A DNA stretch of 62,969 nucleotides, the filler included, from Octopus bimaculoides (taxonomy: Eukaryota), in the NCBI RefSeq assembly GCF_001194135.2. It is 6 parts of 6 records of this genome, joined end to end, with 100 filler letters (N's around TTAATTAATTAA, not from the genome) between each part and the next. Parts side by side here need not be neighbours in the genome. Positions count along the whole stretch, not along the records: positions 1 to 21,423 come from NC_068999.1; 5 more parts are not named here. The stretch is one strand, 5' to 3'. The translations under genes and the position numbers were made by a program. The notes below the pieces were generated by a model, which saw nothing but the letters and a program-made list of their open reading frames with translations, was not told the DNA's origin and ran no database searches. Shown here in pieces: positions 1 through 11,358 of this stretch. How positions within the stretch are numbered: position 1 is the stretch's first letter; each line of letters starts with the position of its first letter.

Positions 1-739
1 ATATACATACATATATATATATACATACATATAAGGTTGAGGAGGGGATTGGATTTAACCAAACCCAAGAGGATACAGGTAATACCGAGTAAGTGCTGTA
101 TACCGACTAGTTTGCCCCAGTTGTTGTATGAACAGGATTGGGGATAATAGGCTGGTACAGCATAGATAGCAGAGGTGAATATATGCCATACTGCGGTGGA
201 TTTTTGCTTGTTTACTTGAAGAATGGTCAAAGTCAAGTGAAAAATGAGCGGTAATAAGGTCAAGTCATGAAGACAGAATGTGAAAGCGGATAGAGGAGAC
301 ATAGAGGTGGAGGATGGTAGCAGTATATTTTAATGGTCAGTTGGTCTTACAGGATAGAGGGGATGAGCATATAGAGCGAAGGAGGAATGGGGGGGATGAG
401 GTTAAAAGGTCTAGTGAGTAGGAAGGAATGTGCGTATGTAGTATATAGGTGGTGGGGGTATGAGTGATAAACCAAGGATAGAGATAAAGGGAGAGATGGG
501 TGGGAAAGGTAGTTAGTAGTATCATATTCTAGAATGCAGCCAAACCTATTTATAGACGGTGGAAAGGGATTGAGAGAAACGACGTAGTCTGTATGCGTTG
601 GTGGTGTTGTAGTGAATTAGGGAGTAGAAGAAATACCGTTTAGACATTTCCTACCCTCTCACGAACTTATCAATTCGCCATCTTAGCGACAGCAACAATA
701 ACAACAACAATCATATTGGATGATGCTAATAATAATAAT

Positions 740-774
<35 letters not shown>

Positions 775-2944
775 CAACAACAACAACAACAACAACGAAA
801 GCACGTGGCAGAGACTTTACTGCTTAATAGTCGTTAATACGCTGGATAGAAATACGTTACTTTTTTACGTCCACTGTCGGGCTTCGTTAATCACTAAATG
901 GCCATCATTGTATTGTCAAGGGGAAAATTTGTGCACTACCACATTTATTGCAAGTACAATAGATACCGACATCTCAATTTGCTCTAGTATTCTTTTGAAG
1001 AGTAAATTAGTTTATAAGAACTCTAATGAGCAAATAATTATCTGAATAATAAATGCATTTTGTTTTTCTTTTTTTGAGTTGTGAAAGTTACTAGCTCTCA
1101 CTTGGAATGTGGTCTGCGTATTTTGACGCGAGAAATTTGCGTGTTTGCTATTAAAGCATAAAACTGCAATTGAACGAATTCCTGGGCTAGAATTTACAAG
1201 CTCAGAGACGTAGAAATATTTACTTCGAAGACCTATGTCTTCTTATTAACTACCGCACTATGCATAGACATCTTGTGTTCTTGATACTCTCAAGAATATT
1301 TTCTAATCTTATTCTTTGTAAATCAGTCATTCCAATTTACTTAAATCCTTAGTATTATTGGTTTTATAAGCTATGTTTCCGTAGGCTTTTAAAAACCGTA
1401 TTTGGTATCTAAAGAAATACCAACACAGGAATGAAACTACTTCAGCCGCTAGTGTTTATATGTAGTGTCACTTAAGATAATTAAAGAGCGCAATCGGTCG
1501 ATGCTGAATCTCAACACAGGCTTGAAATTGATCCAGATGATCTCCGTTTTTTGTGTACATAAATTTATGGTATATATAGACGAGATTTTGCATTTGTCTG
1601 TACATATAGCATCGACCAAAATCTAATGACATAGAAAATAGAGCTTAGTACGGAAACAAAACAATGTTAACGCACTGATAATTTTTTTAATCGAACTAGG
1701 TAACAATAATGTATGGTATGTGCAAATCAGTTTATCTGTTTATTGAAGACCGTCGTAACAATGAATTTATAAATAGTTACTCCTTCTATGATTAACGAGG
1801 ATACTCAGTTGCTACTATAATCCAAATATATGACTAAAAATATTCTGGCTCGTTCAGTCAACCCCTTTTTTCCTATTGAGCAAAATATTGTACATAAATA
1901 CAAGACATTTACATTTGTTCGGTAAAATCTATAGATATATTTTATGGTAAATTATCATATTGAAACGAAAGTGTTAACGCACCAGTAATTTTTAATAATC
2001 GTATCCTGTTTTGAAACACAGTAGAAGACTCGCGGTGGTTGAGAACAGAAATTGCTTTGACTGAAGGTGCAACACCTTATATACTTCCCTGACATTATAC
2101 ATGTTACGATGTTAGAACTAATGCGTTTCCAGCATGTTTTAAAACTTGTGGCGATTACCTTGTAACAAATACGATGTTTATTTCATTTCAAGTTGCAATA
2201 AGCTGTTCTTTTGTAAAATACTTTAGATACTTGTTTTTGCTTTTAAATAAACATCATCAACCGCATTTCTTTCATCAACAGCTAAATAAACAGATTCGCG
2301 AGTAAAGTGTTAATACATACATATGTGTGTTTATAATGCTACAATTACAGCGATTTGGAATTAATCACAGGTTGCGTCTCTTAAATATCTTCATCTCTTC
2401 AAAGATTTTTCTTTGATTTCCAGTGATTAATTTGCCCGTTGCTAAATTCAGGTCACCCAAAAAGAACTAGTGAAAAACGAATGTTTTATTTTATTTATTT
2501 TTTGTAATTCTTCGTTCTTTTGACTTTTCAATATTTTTTCTGTTAATTTTATATTCCTTATATCTGTTCAGCGAACTCAGTTATATTGGCTTGTTTCTTT
2601 TAATTGAGCTCTCGAATATGTTTTGCTTTTCTCTACAAGTCTCTCGAAGATTTTTCGCGAAACATTGATTAATGCTAAACAGACAGGAAGGCGCCGGTAT
2701 TTTCTCATTAACACTTGAAGTTATCCCAGTTTATCACTGGTATTTATTTCATCGACGCCACAGGGACAAACGGCAAGAAGTTATCTGACTAGATTCAAAA
2801 AGAGAACTTAGAGATACAACCAATATTACCTTTTATAAACCAATTCACGAACTTATATCCCCTTTTTAAGGATTAAAATCTCCCCAGTTAAGTTATTGCA
2901 AACCAATTTAGGACTCTTCATCCTCTCTTTAATAATTCCTTCAA

Positions 2945-3125
2945 ATTTTGTCGCAAAGCCAGCAGTTTTGAGCGGAACGGAAATCAATTGCATCGACCTA
3001 AGTACATGTTTTGTACTTACTTTATCGATCCCGAGAGAATGAAAGACAAAATCGATCTTGGTGGCATTTGAAACTTAGAATGTAAAGAGCCGGTAGAAAT
3101 GCTGTTAGGCTTTTTGTTCGGTGAG
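2945..3125 (-). mobile_element. Degenerate tRNA-derived SINE, family 1 (Nin/Deu-domain-like)
   Basis: Diverged reverse-complement match to the better copies at 14103 and 54628 (ttgcatcgacc...gtac...ttatcgatcccgagagaatgaaagacaaaatcgatc). Confidence 0.55.
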
Positions 3126-3549
3126 GACATGATTCTTCCATCTGGTCATCTTTCATAATTGAAATCACCCTAGTTTAATAATTTTATCGACGTCAGTGGG
3201 ATAAAGGGCAAACATTTATTCGACTGGATTCGAAATCAGAATTATATATCAATTTACGCGCATATTTACGCGCATATTTACTAGAAATGCTAGGCAAATC
3301 TCCCTCTAATCGAACGGCTTTTACTTACAAATAAATGTTGAGAACATAATAATGCCACGTAGTCCTAGACATGGAATGACTAAAGAATCTGAAGTGTTGA
3401 TAACGAATGGAATGTCTTTGGTCATATGTGTGCCAAATAAAGTTGATATAAATATAAGCAACAGCATCCGCATCAACAACAAAGAAGCAATAATATTGTA
3501 ATGGCGATTTACCGTATTTACTTGCGTAGACCTCACTCTTTCTTATAAG

Positions 3550-4164
3550 TCACACCCGTAATTCAGAGTTAAACCGAGGTAAAAAAAAGTATTTTCCTTT
3601 CATAGCCTTAGCTTTCGTCGTGTATACGTTGCACCCGGTTTTTGCATTTTGTATGAAGTTAAATAAGTGGGATTTATACAAGAGAAAGAGAAAAAACGGT
3701 GCATTGCAGTGAGTTGAATGGGACGAAAGACAAAATGAGTTCATGCAGAATTTAAGTTTACAGAACAGCAGAAGGAGGACAATTCCAAGACTCAAAGAAA
3801 TTCCTTTGCACGAATTTGTTTTGAGTGAGTAAAGTGTTACAATCCACTGGCCCGACTTTCCAGTTTTAAACACAGTGGCAAAACAAAGATTGAAACGGTC
3901 AGAAACGAACAGCTCTTCAGATTTTTCTTGACATGAGTCTACCTTCTCACAGGAAGAAGTTCTAAAATGAACTATGGATCCTTCACACTCGTTGGCTTGC
4001 ATGCTAGTTAACCCATTCTTGGGACAATTACGTGCGCTACTGTTCCGGCGCAGATTAATCCTGGAAACAATAGTGGCTAAGAGGTGATCCCACACTCCTG
4101 AAAGCCTGGGTGTCCCGAACTTGGGCGCTCCTACTGGATGCAGTTTATACTCATACTTACACAC
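3550..4164 (-). CDS. Unassigned 204-codon open frame, probable exon (Cys-rich, one TM-like segment; weak iGluR/ionotropic-receptor S1-like motif)
   Basis: 204 sense codons in AT-rich DNA, starting right after an acceptor-like atag|GTG. Begins VCKYEYKLHPVGAPKFGTPRLSGVWDHLLATIVS; hydrophobic ISLSLGIVLLLLFC later. Family assignment by eye only. Confidence 0.45.
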   Translation of the reverse strand: MCKYEYKLHPVGAPKFGTPRLSGVWDHLLATIVSRINLRRNSSARNCPKNGLTSMQANECEGSIVHFRTSSCEKVDSCQEKSEELFVSDRFNLCFATVFKTGKSGQWIVTLYSLKTNSCKGISLSLGIVLLLLFCKLKFCMNSFCLSSHSTHCNAPFFLFLLYKSHLFNFIQNAKTGCNVYTTKAKAMKGKYFFLPRFNSELRV

Positions 4165-5119
4165 CTATATTTATATTTAGAAACCAAATTTTGAACGACT
4201 GCTGTCATAGATTATGTTTATAGAAATTATCAACAGTTTGTAAGTTCTCTAGAATGATAAACCCGCACAAATAAATGGTTAAAAATCTATTCAGCCCTTT
4301 GCTTAACTTTTCCCGTTTCGTTTTATATATATATATATATATGTAAATGTCGAACAATGGAAAATGTGTAATATATATATATATATGTGTATGTATATAT
4401 ATATACATTTAAAATTATATATTTTTTCTTCGTCTTATTAGAAAAATAAATTTTATGACCTATCAAGATATCATACATATTCAATTGCTGAACAAGACGT
4501 AATTTGCAACCATTAAATAAAATAAAAGAAATTTCAAATAAAATATAAATAAATCGTTGAGTTAACAATTTCTTTTTTGAGAAAGATGATAAACTACAAT
4601 AATAACAGGTTTACACAAATCTTTCAATATTTCTTGATAAACTAACTCTGAATTACAAGACGTATTTAATGGGATGTGTCACATTAATAAAGCTGAGATG
4701 CTTGCATTTAAATTATTTCTTATTGGACAGAGCAAGGAAATGTAATTGTTGTAAGAAGGTTTATGTAATGGTAATCGAAAAACAGAAAAAAAAAAACGAA
4801 AAGCGAAAAACGAATAACGAAACTTATTTTATGAAACGCAATTTTTAGTATTTCCTTTAATGTTTAATTTTTTTAAATCTCCAAATATCTCTTCTAATTA
4901 AGCTACAAAGGCGGCAGTTTTGAGAGAAAGGGTTAATCGATAGCAACAGCGTCAGTGGTTGACTTTTACTACATTTTCTCGATCCTGAAAGGTGAGGTTT
5001 CGGCAGAGACTTACGAAGCAGGCACACGTGGAATGATCTGCTACTTCCGGGGTAATTCAAGAGAAGGGAATTCAGTCGTTAGAACAACTGAGTCCCCATC
5101 GGCAAGAGACGGAAAAACT

Positions 5120-5465
5120 ACCCATCCATCCATCCATCCATTCATCCATTCATCCATCCATTCATTCATCTATGTAACCATCCAGCTATCCATCCATCCG
5201 TTCGTCTGTCCGTCTGACCATCCATCCATCTATCCATCCGTCCGTCCGTTCGTCCATCCATCCATCCACCTATCCATCCGTCCCTCCATGCATGCACCTG
5301 TCCATCCATTCGTTTGTGCGACCGTTCGTCCGTCCGTCCGTCCGTCCATCCATCCATCCGTCCGTCCATCCATCAATCTATCCACCTATCCATCCGTCCA
5401 TCCATGCACCTATGCATTCAATCGTCTGTTCGACCGTCCGTCCAACCATCCAGCCATCCATCCGG
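5120..5465. repeat. (CCAT)n/(CCGT)n tetranucleotide microsatellite
   Basis: Directly visible; explains the HPSI/DGWM pseudo-ORFs. Confidence 0.95.
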
Positions 5466-7880
5466 ATTTTTAATTTTAATTTAGTCTTTGAATTACCAAA
5501 AATTTATATATCGTGTATAAATTTTATTTCTAACAAAGGGCAGAATTTGTGAACGAATGTTTTTGATTTACAACAAAAGAATGAGTTTGCTGTTAACAAA
5601 CCTTTAGTCCTGATGTACGATTCGTAATCTTACTAACAATCAACAGTAACTCTTTCAGTTGAAAATACCAAGCATCAGTATTACGGAAGCGAGAGGTTGA
5701 TTTTCCTTTCACATAATTCAGACAAAATATTTACTGAATACAGCCAGGTAAGGATTTTATTAATAACAAATGGAAGTATTTTTTACACTGTTAGGTGGAC
5801 TGCAAGCGAGTATTTCGCTGCTTACACACATCCAGACGCTGATTGATAATACCGCCATTGTTTACACAAAGAAATACATTTTTATGTCTACATGAATGAA
5901 AAACAATCGATGCATCTTAACCAAGCCTAACCTAACATAAACTATATTAGATTAGATAAGGTTAGACGTGGTTAACGTGGGTTAGATAAGGTTGCATTAG
6001 TGCTTGTATGAAAAGATACACGCACATTAAAATCCACTGGAAATAGCCTACTGACAGACATTACGTCTCTCGACAGACATAATGGCGGACATTGGGTCTC
6101 TCGATAGCCTTTTGGTGGCACACGCACACGCACACACACATACACGTACACATTCACACACACGTTTATATAACCTGAAGAGACTGCTTTCTTTGTTATA
6201 TAGATAGAGGAATGTATATATCGTTGTTCGGTAATATTGAAGGAAAAATCAATTGTAAACCGAATATGAATGTTTTAGTTTAAATAATTTTTTTCATAAA
6301 AAAACATTCGATTAAAATTCGACATGAGATTAGTGCTGTTGTATTTAATTTGCTGCCTAATTCCGTTTGAAAAAAGTTGAAATTGCATTTTTATTTGGTA
6401 TATTACATCTATGTGAGATTCTGGTTTACTTTACTAAAAAAAAAAACAAGCTTTTTAGTGACAGTAATAATGTTACATTCTCTTTCACCCTTTTGGGATC
6501 GGTAAAATACGTACCAGTTAAGTACTGGCGTCGATGTAATCGATGTAATCAACTTTACTCCAGGATATAAATATAAAAACTGTACCCCTCTGCCAAACCA
6601 TGTAGAACCAGTATGGCAGAGTAGGCTCATCAAACCAGGGTAATCTCAAACTGAAATTCATGGCCTCCACATCGGACCGTAGTTGGTGCAGAGAACATGC
6701 CGTGGTCCTCGTTCTGTAGTGGACTAAACATGGACATTTCAGTCCAATCCAATAATGTCACCCCTGATTTCTAAACCTTTACATAATCTTAATTAGAATA
6801 CTTACCACAACCAGCGAGGAAGTAGAATATTGATATGACAAGCTGCATAACAATGGAGGGAAGGTCAGTATATTCCGTTTAAGAGGAAGGACGCTAAAGC
6901 GGCATGTATGTTTTGTATGTGTGTACTACCAAAATTTAAGTGAATGAACCCAAATTGATAATGAGAAATCAGGAGAGTAAAGGAAGCATGTGAAAACCTC
7001 TGCAAACTTAAGTCTAATTTTTAAAATATTTACGAAGATTATTATTCAAATTACAGACGTCGAAAAATTTGAAAATACGTATCACGCACAAAATATCACT
7101 GCAGCGTTCAAATCTTAGAGAAGCAATTTCAGCTGATAATAAATTACGGTGATCGGGTTTAACTGGAAGAAAGTAAATTTAATCGAATAATATGCAGGAG
7201 CTTACGCAACACTGTTATTTGTTCAGGTGTTGCGTAAGGCGTTAATTTAGTTGTCGAATTAACTGTGATAAGAACCACAAAATTAATGTGCTTCTATTTA
7301 ATGCATTTTCCTATAAGCTCCAAAGAATGCAGAATCCATTTATGGTTAATTATTACTTCGCCCAAAGCAGTCAATCGTTTTCACAAGGCGCTTGAACATT
7401 TTTGTTAATTGCGAACATGGATATCATTAATTGCTTTGAACTTGAAACAAATGGATCAAATAATATTAGACAGCTACAAAATTTAGGGTTTTCCAGATTT
7501 CAAATATAACACCAGCGAAATGATGTAGCAACAGTTCGACTTTACGTTGCCAAAAGGCGTTCGTTTGTTTGGTGTTTAATTTAGCTTCTCTGATATCAGG
7601 AATTGTAAATTGGTTTAGCGTAAACAGCGTTCATCTAGGTGATTACACGCAAATTTATTCAGTACGTATTCATGGAAAGACATGCTTCCAAGGATTTGTC
7701 ATCTTAGGCACGACTCGTTGTTTGGTTGGAGGAAATCTATATACAGAGAATTTTTAAATACAGGAAGGATCTCAAAGCGTATCTCAAGTTAATGGTTTAA
7801 AAGATAAAGAATTACATGGCGGGTAATCTAAATGATATACGTCAATGCAAATCTACCATTTGTCTTAATTCTGCTACCTA

Positions 7881-8190
7881 GGCACTGCCGTAGTTGTGTG
7901 GTAAGAAGCTTTCTTCTGAAGCTCATCATACCTGGTTCAGTCCCACTGCGAAGCACCTTGGGAATGTGTCTTCTCTATAGCATCGGGTTCACCAAAGTCT
8001 TGTGAGTGATCTTGGCAAATGGGAACTGGAAGAAGCCCATTGCATGTGTGTGTGTGTGTGTGTGTGCGCCTTTGTGTTTGCCGCCACCGCCACTTAACAA
8101 CCGGTATTGTTTTGTTTACATCCTGGTAACTTAGCCGCTCGGCAAAAGAACACCGATGAAGTAAGTACGAAGCATTCTCGATCCACTCAT
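7881..8190 (+). mobile_element. tRNA-derived SINE, family 2 (head tggctgtgtggtaag...ggttcagtcccactg, body gcaccttgggcaagtgtcttct)
   Basis: Pol III A/B-box-like head and a body shared with the copies at 8304, 15402, 34953, 41105, 43095, 52219 and 61245. Confidence 0.75.
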
Positions 8191-8303
8191 CTATTTACTT
8201 CTCGTCATACTTCAACTAAAAACAAATCTCAATCTCTCCGACCCTCTGGAAATTTCTCGAAATGCAGACGACCCGGAAAATGAAACAAACAAACAAACAA
8301 ACC

Positions 8304-8531
8304 GGCGCAGGTGTGGCTGTAAGGTATGATGTTTGCATTCCCAGCACATGCTTCAGGGCTCAGTCCCACTGTGTGGCACCTTATATAAATGGATTCAGCT
8401 ATAACTTTATATANNNNNNNNNNNNNNNNNNNNNNNNNNNNNNNNNNNNNNNNNNNNNNNNNNNNNNNNNNNNNNNNNNNNNNNNNNNNNNNNNNNNNNN
8501 NNNNNNNNNNNNNNNNNNNNNNNNNNNNNNN

Positions 8532-8571
<40 letters not shown>

Positions 8572-8760
8572 GCGTGTGTTCCTCGCCCCACAGAGGGACA
8601 GCTGGTGTCTACATCCCCATGACTTAACGATTCAGCAAAAGAACCTGATAAAATAAGTACCAAGCTTAAAAATAAAGACCGGAGTCAATTCGTTCGAGTA
8701 AGACTTTTCAAGGTGGTGCTCCAGCATGGCCGCAGTCTAATGACTGAAAAAAGATTGAAG
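8304..8760 (+). mobile_element. SINE family 2 copy with internal (TA)n and gap
   Basis: Head ggcgcaggtgtggctgt; 3' end ggtggtgctccagcatggccgcagtctaatgactgaaa shared with the 43095, 52219 and 61245 copies. Confidence 0.75.
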
Positions 8761-9031
8761 TATAAACAAAAAAATACAGAAACAAAAACAAAACGAAAGC
8801 AACATTAAAAAACAAAAAGCAAAAAAACAAACAAAACAAACTTCAAGAACGTTAGATTTGTGTTTTTACAATTATTTAATACTTTCATTATAAAATATGA
8901 TAACCTGAATCAAATCTAATTTGATAATAATAGATATTTAACGACTGATTGAACAAAACGGTACATTATATAATAAATAACCCATTTACAAATGGATGAA
9001 TAATATATTTCATTGATTAACCTCGACCAGT

Positions 9032-9466
9032 TCAGGCATCTTCAGAACACGATACAATGGTGATCTTGACGTTGTCTGAACTGGAGTTGCTGTGGTCCAG
9101 TTTCTCCTCGCTGCTTTTGTTGTGATGTCGACGATTCTGATTAAATGAGGTAGACCTTGTTGTGAAGGACACGGTAGATCTTCTAGTAGATCGTTCACGA
9201 CCGTTCGTTGGTCGTAGACTTCTGTTGCACAAGTTACGGAATATATGTTTGAATGACTCGCGGAAGTTTCTAGACAGAAATGAATAGACGACTGGGTTGA
9301 TGCAACTGTTGAAGTAAGACATGAGGTGGAAAGCCATGCGAACGGGTTTCATGTGACCGTAGTGAAGGACGGGTAGGATTTCGAAACCCACCAAAACGTT
9401 GTTGATAAGAATTGGTGCCCAGCACAGAACGAACAGCAGGACAACAACCGCTAACATCTTCAGAAC
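9032..9466 (-). CDS. Neuropeptide GPCR (class A), last exon: TM6, TM7, helix 8, C-tail
   Basis: VLKMLAVVVLLFVLCWAP (CWxP), NSCINPVVY (NPxxY), FRESFK; acceptor ttatttccccag|GTT at 9467, phase 0; stop TAA 9032-9034. Confidence 0.95.
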   Translation of the reverse strand, partial: VLKMLAVVVLLFVLCWAPILINNVLVGFEILPVLHYGHMKPVRMAFHLMSYFNSCINPVVYSFLSRNFRESFKHIFRNLCNRSLRPTNGRERSTRRSTVSFTTRSTSFNQNRRHHNKSSEEKLDHSNSSSDNVKITIVSCSEDA

Positions 9467-9726
9467 CTGGGGAAATAACCAAGAAACATTTACATGTCAT
9501 AATAACATTTCATATTTAAATTTAATTTGTCAATCATAATCCGATAATGCTTGAAAATATTTGATAAAAATATAGATAACTGTGTATAAATCTTGAGATA
9601 AATAATATCTTCATCAAAATATTTTCTTCTATTTCTGCATGTAGCCATTGCGTGATAACTTGGGCGAGTGGGGCGATCAATGGCTTGTAATTGGTGGACG
9701 GAGCGCGAAGACCGTCTATATATATA

Positions 9727-9823
9727 TGTGTAGCATAACACGCTGGGGCATGGCAGCAGATTGTGTCTAAACCATTGGTTTAGACACAATCTGCTGCCAT
9801 GCCCCAGCGTGTTATGCTACACA
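9727..9823. repeat. Perfect palindrome, 48-bp arms, 1-nt centre (9775)
   Basis: tgtgtagcataacacgctggggcatggcagcagattgtgtctaaacca-t-exact reverse complement; checked base by base. Confidence 0.97.
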
Positions 9824-10393
9824 CACATATATAATCATAGGCGGCGATATAACTTGGAACAGAACTTGTTCGGTATGTGGCATTGATAAGTCAAAAGAAT
9901 GACGAAACGTTGATGTCTCCGTAAAAGGGACCTGGTGTGAGATGTCTCGTTTGACTGTGACCTACTTTCATGTGTTTGTTTATACCAAGCGCATAGAGAA
10001 TATATGAGTAGATTGCTCAGCTCAGTCCAGAAATTGAATCCATGACGTATGAACATGAGCCGCAGAACTCTTCTCACCATATCACGGGCCTCCAGGTTTG
10101 TTCGCAAAACCATTCAGAAATGCTTACAGCAGCAAGAATCGCAATCACGAGCAATGATTCCGGTGACCAACAACAATATCTGTTCACTGCTAGAGATGTT
10201 ACGGATGTGCGAATATATTTGCAAAGCTACAAGCTGTTCTTTTAGAGAATAAACTTTATTGCATAAACACACGTATGGCAATGGCAAAAGAACAAACAAA
10301 GAAAACAGCAAAGAATAATTGTGTGTGTGTGTGAAGATAAGAAAAGCAAAACTAAAAATTTAATGAAAGAATTTGAAATACAGTAGAAGTTAC

Positions 10394-10496
10394 CTGCATT
10401 TTCGTTTTGTCATCTTCCACAGATATTTTTTTGGCTGTTTTCTTGTTTGATTTGGTCATTTTGTAGTTATTGTGGTTCGAAGAACTTTCTGAAAGA
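10394..10496 (-). CDS. Neuropeptide GPCR, ICL3 exon (not in ORF track)
   Basis: (S)LSESSSNHNNYKMTKSNKKTAKKISVEDDKTKMQ. Donor CAG|GTAACT at 10393 is phase 0 and joins VLKM. Acceptor after a pyrimidine tract (cacaaag|T) is phase 2 and matches the upstream donor; 103 nt = 1+34x3. Confidence 0.85.
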
Positions 10497-11303
10497 CTTT
10501 GTGCAGAAAGAGACAAAAAGACCAAAAAATTAATTTACAGAAAAGCACGCGTTCATGCATATATGCATATACACTCACACATTGAAAGAGACACACGCAT
10601 GCCCATGTTCATATGATTACTTAAATATGCATATAGTCAGGTAATCATATGTATATATATATATCCTTATATATATATATGTGTGTATGTATATATATAT
10701 ATATATNNNNNNNNNNNNNNNNNNNNNNNNNNNNNNNNNNNNNNNNNNNNNNNNNNNNNNNNNNNNNNNNNNNNNNNNNNNNNNNNNNNNNNNNNNNNNN
10801 NNNNNNNNNNNNNNNNNNNNNNNNNNNNNNNNNNNNNNNNNNNNNNNNNNNNNNNNNNNNNNNNNNNNNNNNNNNNNNNNNNNNNNNNNNNNNNNNNNNN
10901 NNNNNNNNNNNNNNNNNNNNNNNNNNNNNNNNNNNNNNNNNNNNNNNNNNNNNNNNNNNNNNNNNNNNNNNNNNNNNNNNNNNNNNNNNNNNNNNNNNNN
11001 NNNNNNNNNNNNNNNNNNNNNNNNNNNNNNNNNNNNNNNNNNNNNNNNNNNNNNNNNNNNNNNNNNNNNNNNNNNNNNNNNNNNNNNNNNNNNNNNNNNN
11101 NNNNNNNNNNNNNNNNNNNNNNNNNNNNNNNNNNNNNNNNNNNNNNNNNNNNNNNNNNNNNNNNNNNNNNNNNNNNNNNNNNNNNNNNNNNNNNNNNNNN
11201 NNNNNNNNNNNNNNNNNNNNNNNNNNNNNNNNNNNNNNNNNNNNNNNNNNNNNNNNNNNNNNNNNNNNNNNNNNNNNNNNNNNNNNNNNNNNNNNNNNNN
11301 NNN

Positions 11304-11358
<55 letters not shown>

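Noticed and set aside
1-620. Purine-skewed segment with ORF 337..525 and an RT-like SLLSPILF on minus
   Set aside because: Only one short motif, no splice or ORF support; probably an old repeat but not assignable.
716-1045. 109-aa ORF
   Set aside because: Opened by an (AAT)/(AAC) microsatellite; the remainder resembles nothing recognisable.
6806-6842. 37-nt minus-strand candidate exon LVISIFYFLAGC with ag/GTAAGT
   Set aside because: Good splice signals and signal-peptide-like, but too short to distinguish from chance and no secure partner exon.
9835-10311. Cluster of short ORFs; DVSVKGTW resembling a Mutator motif
   Set aside because: The following residues do not match; no consistent frame.
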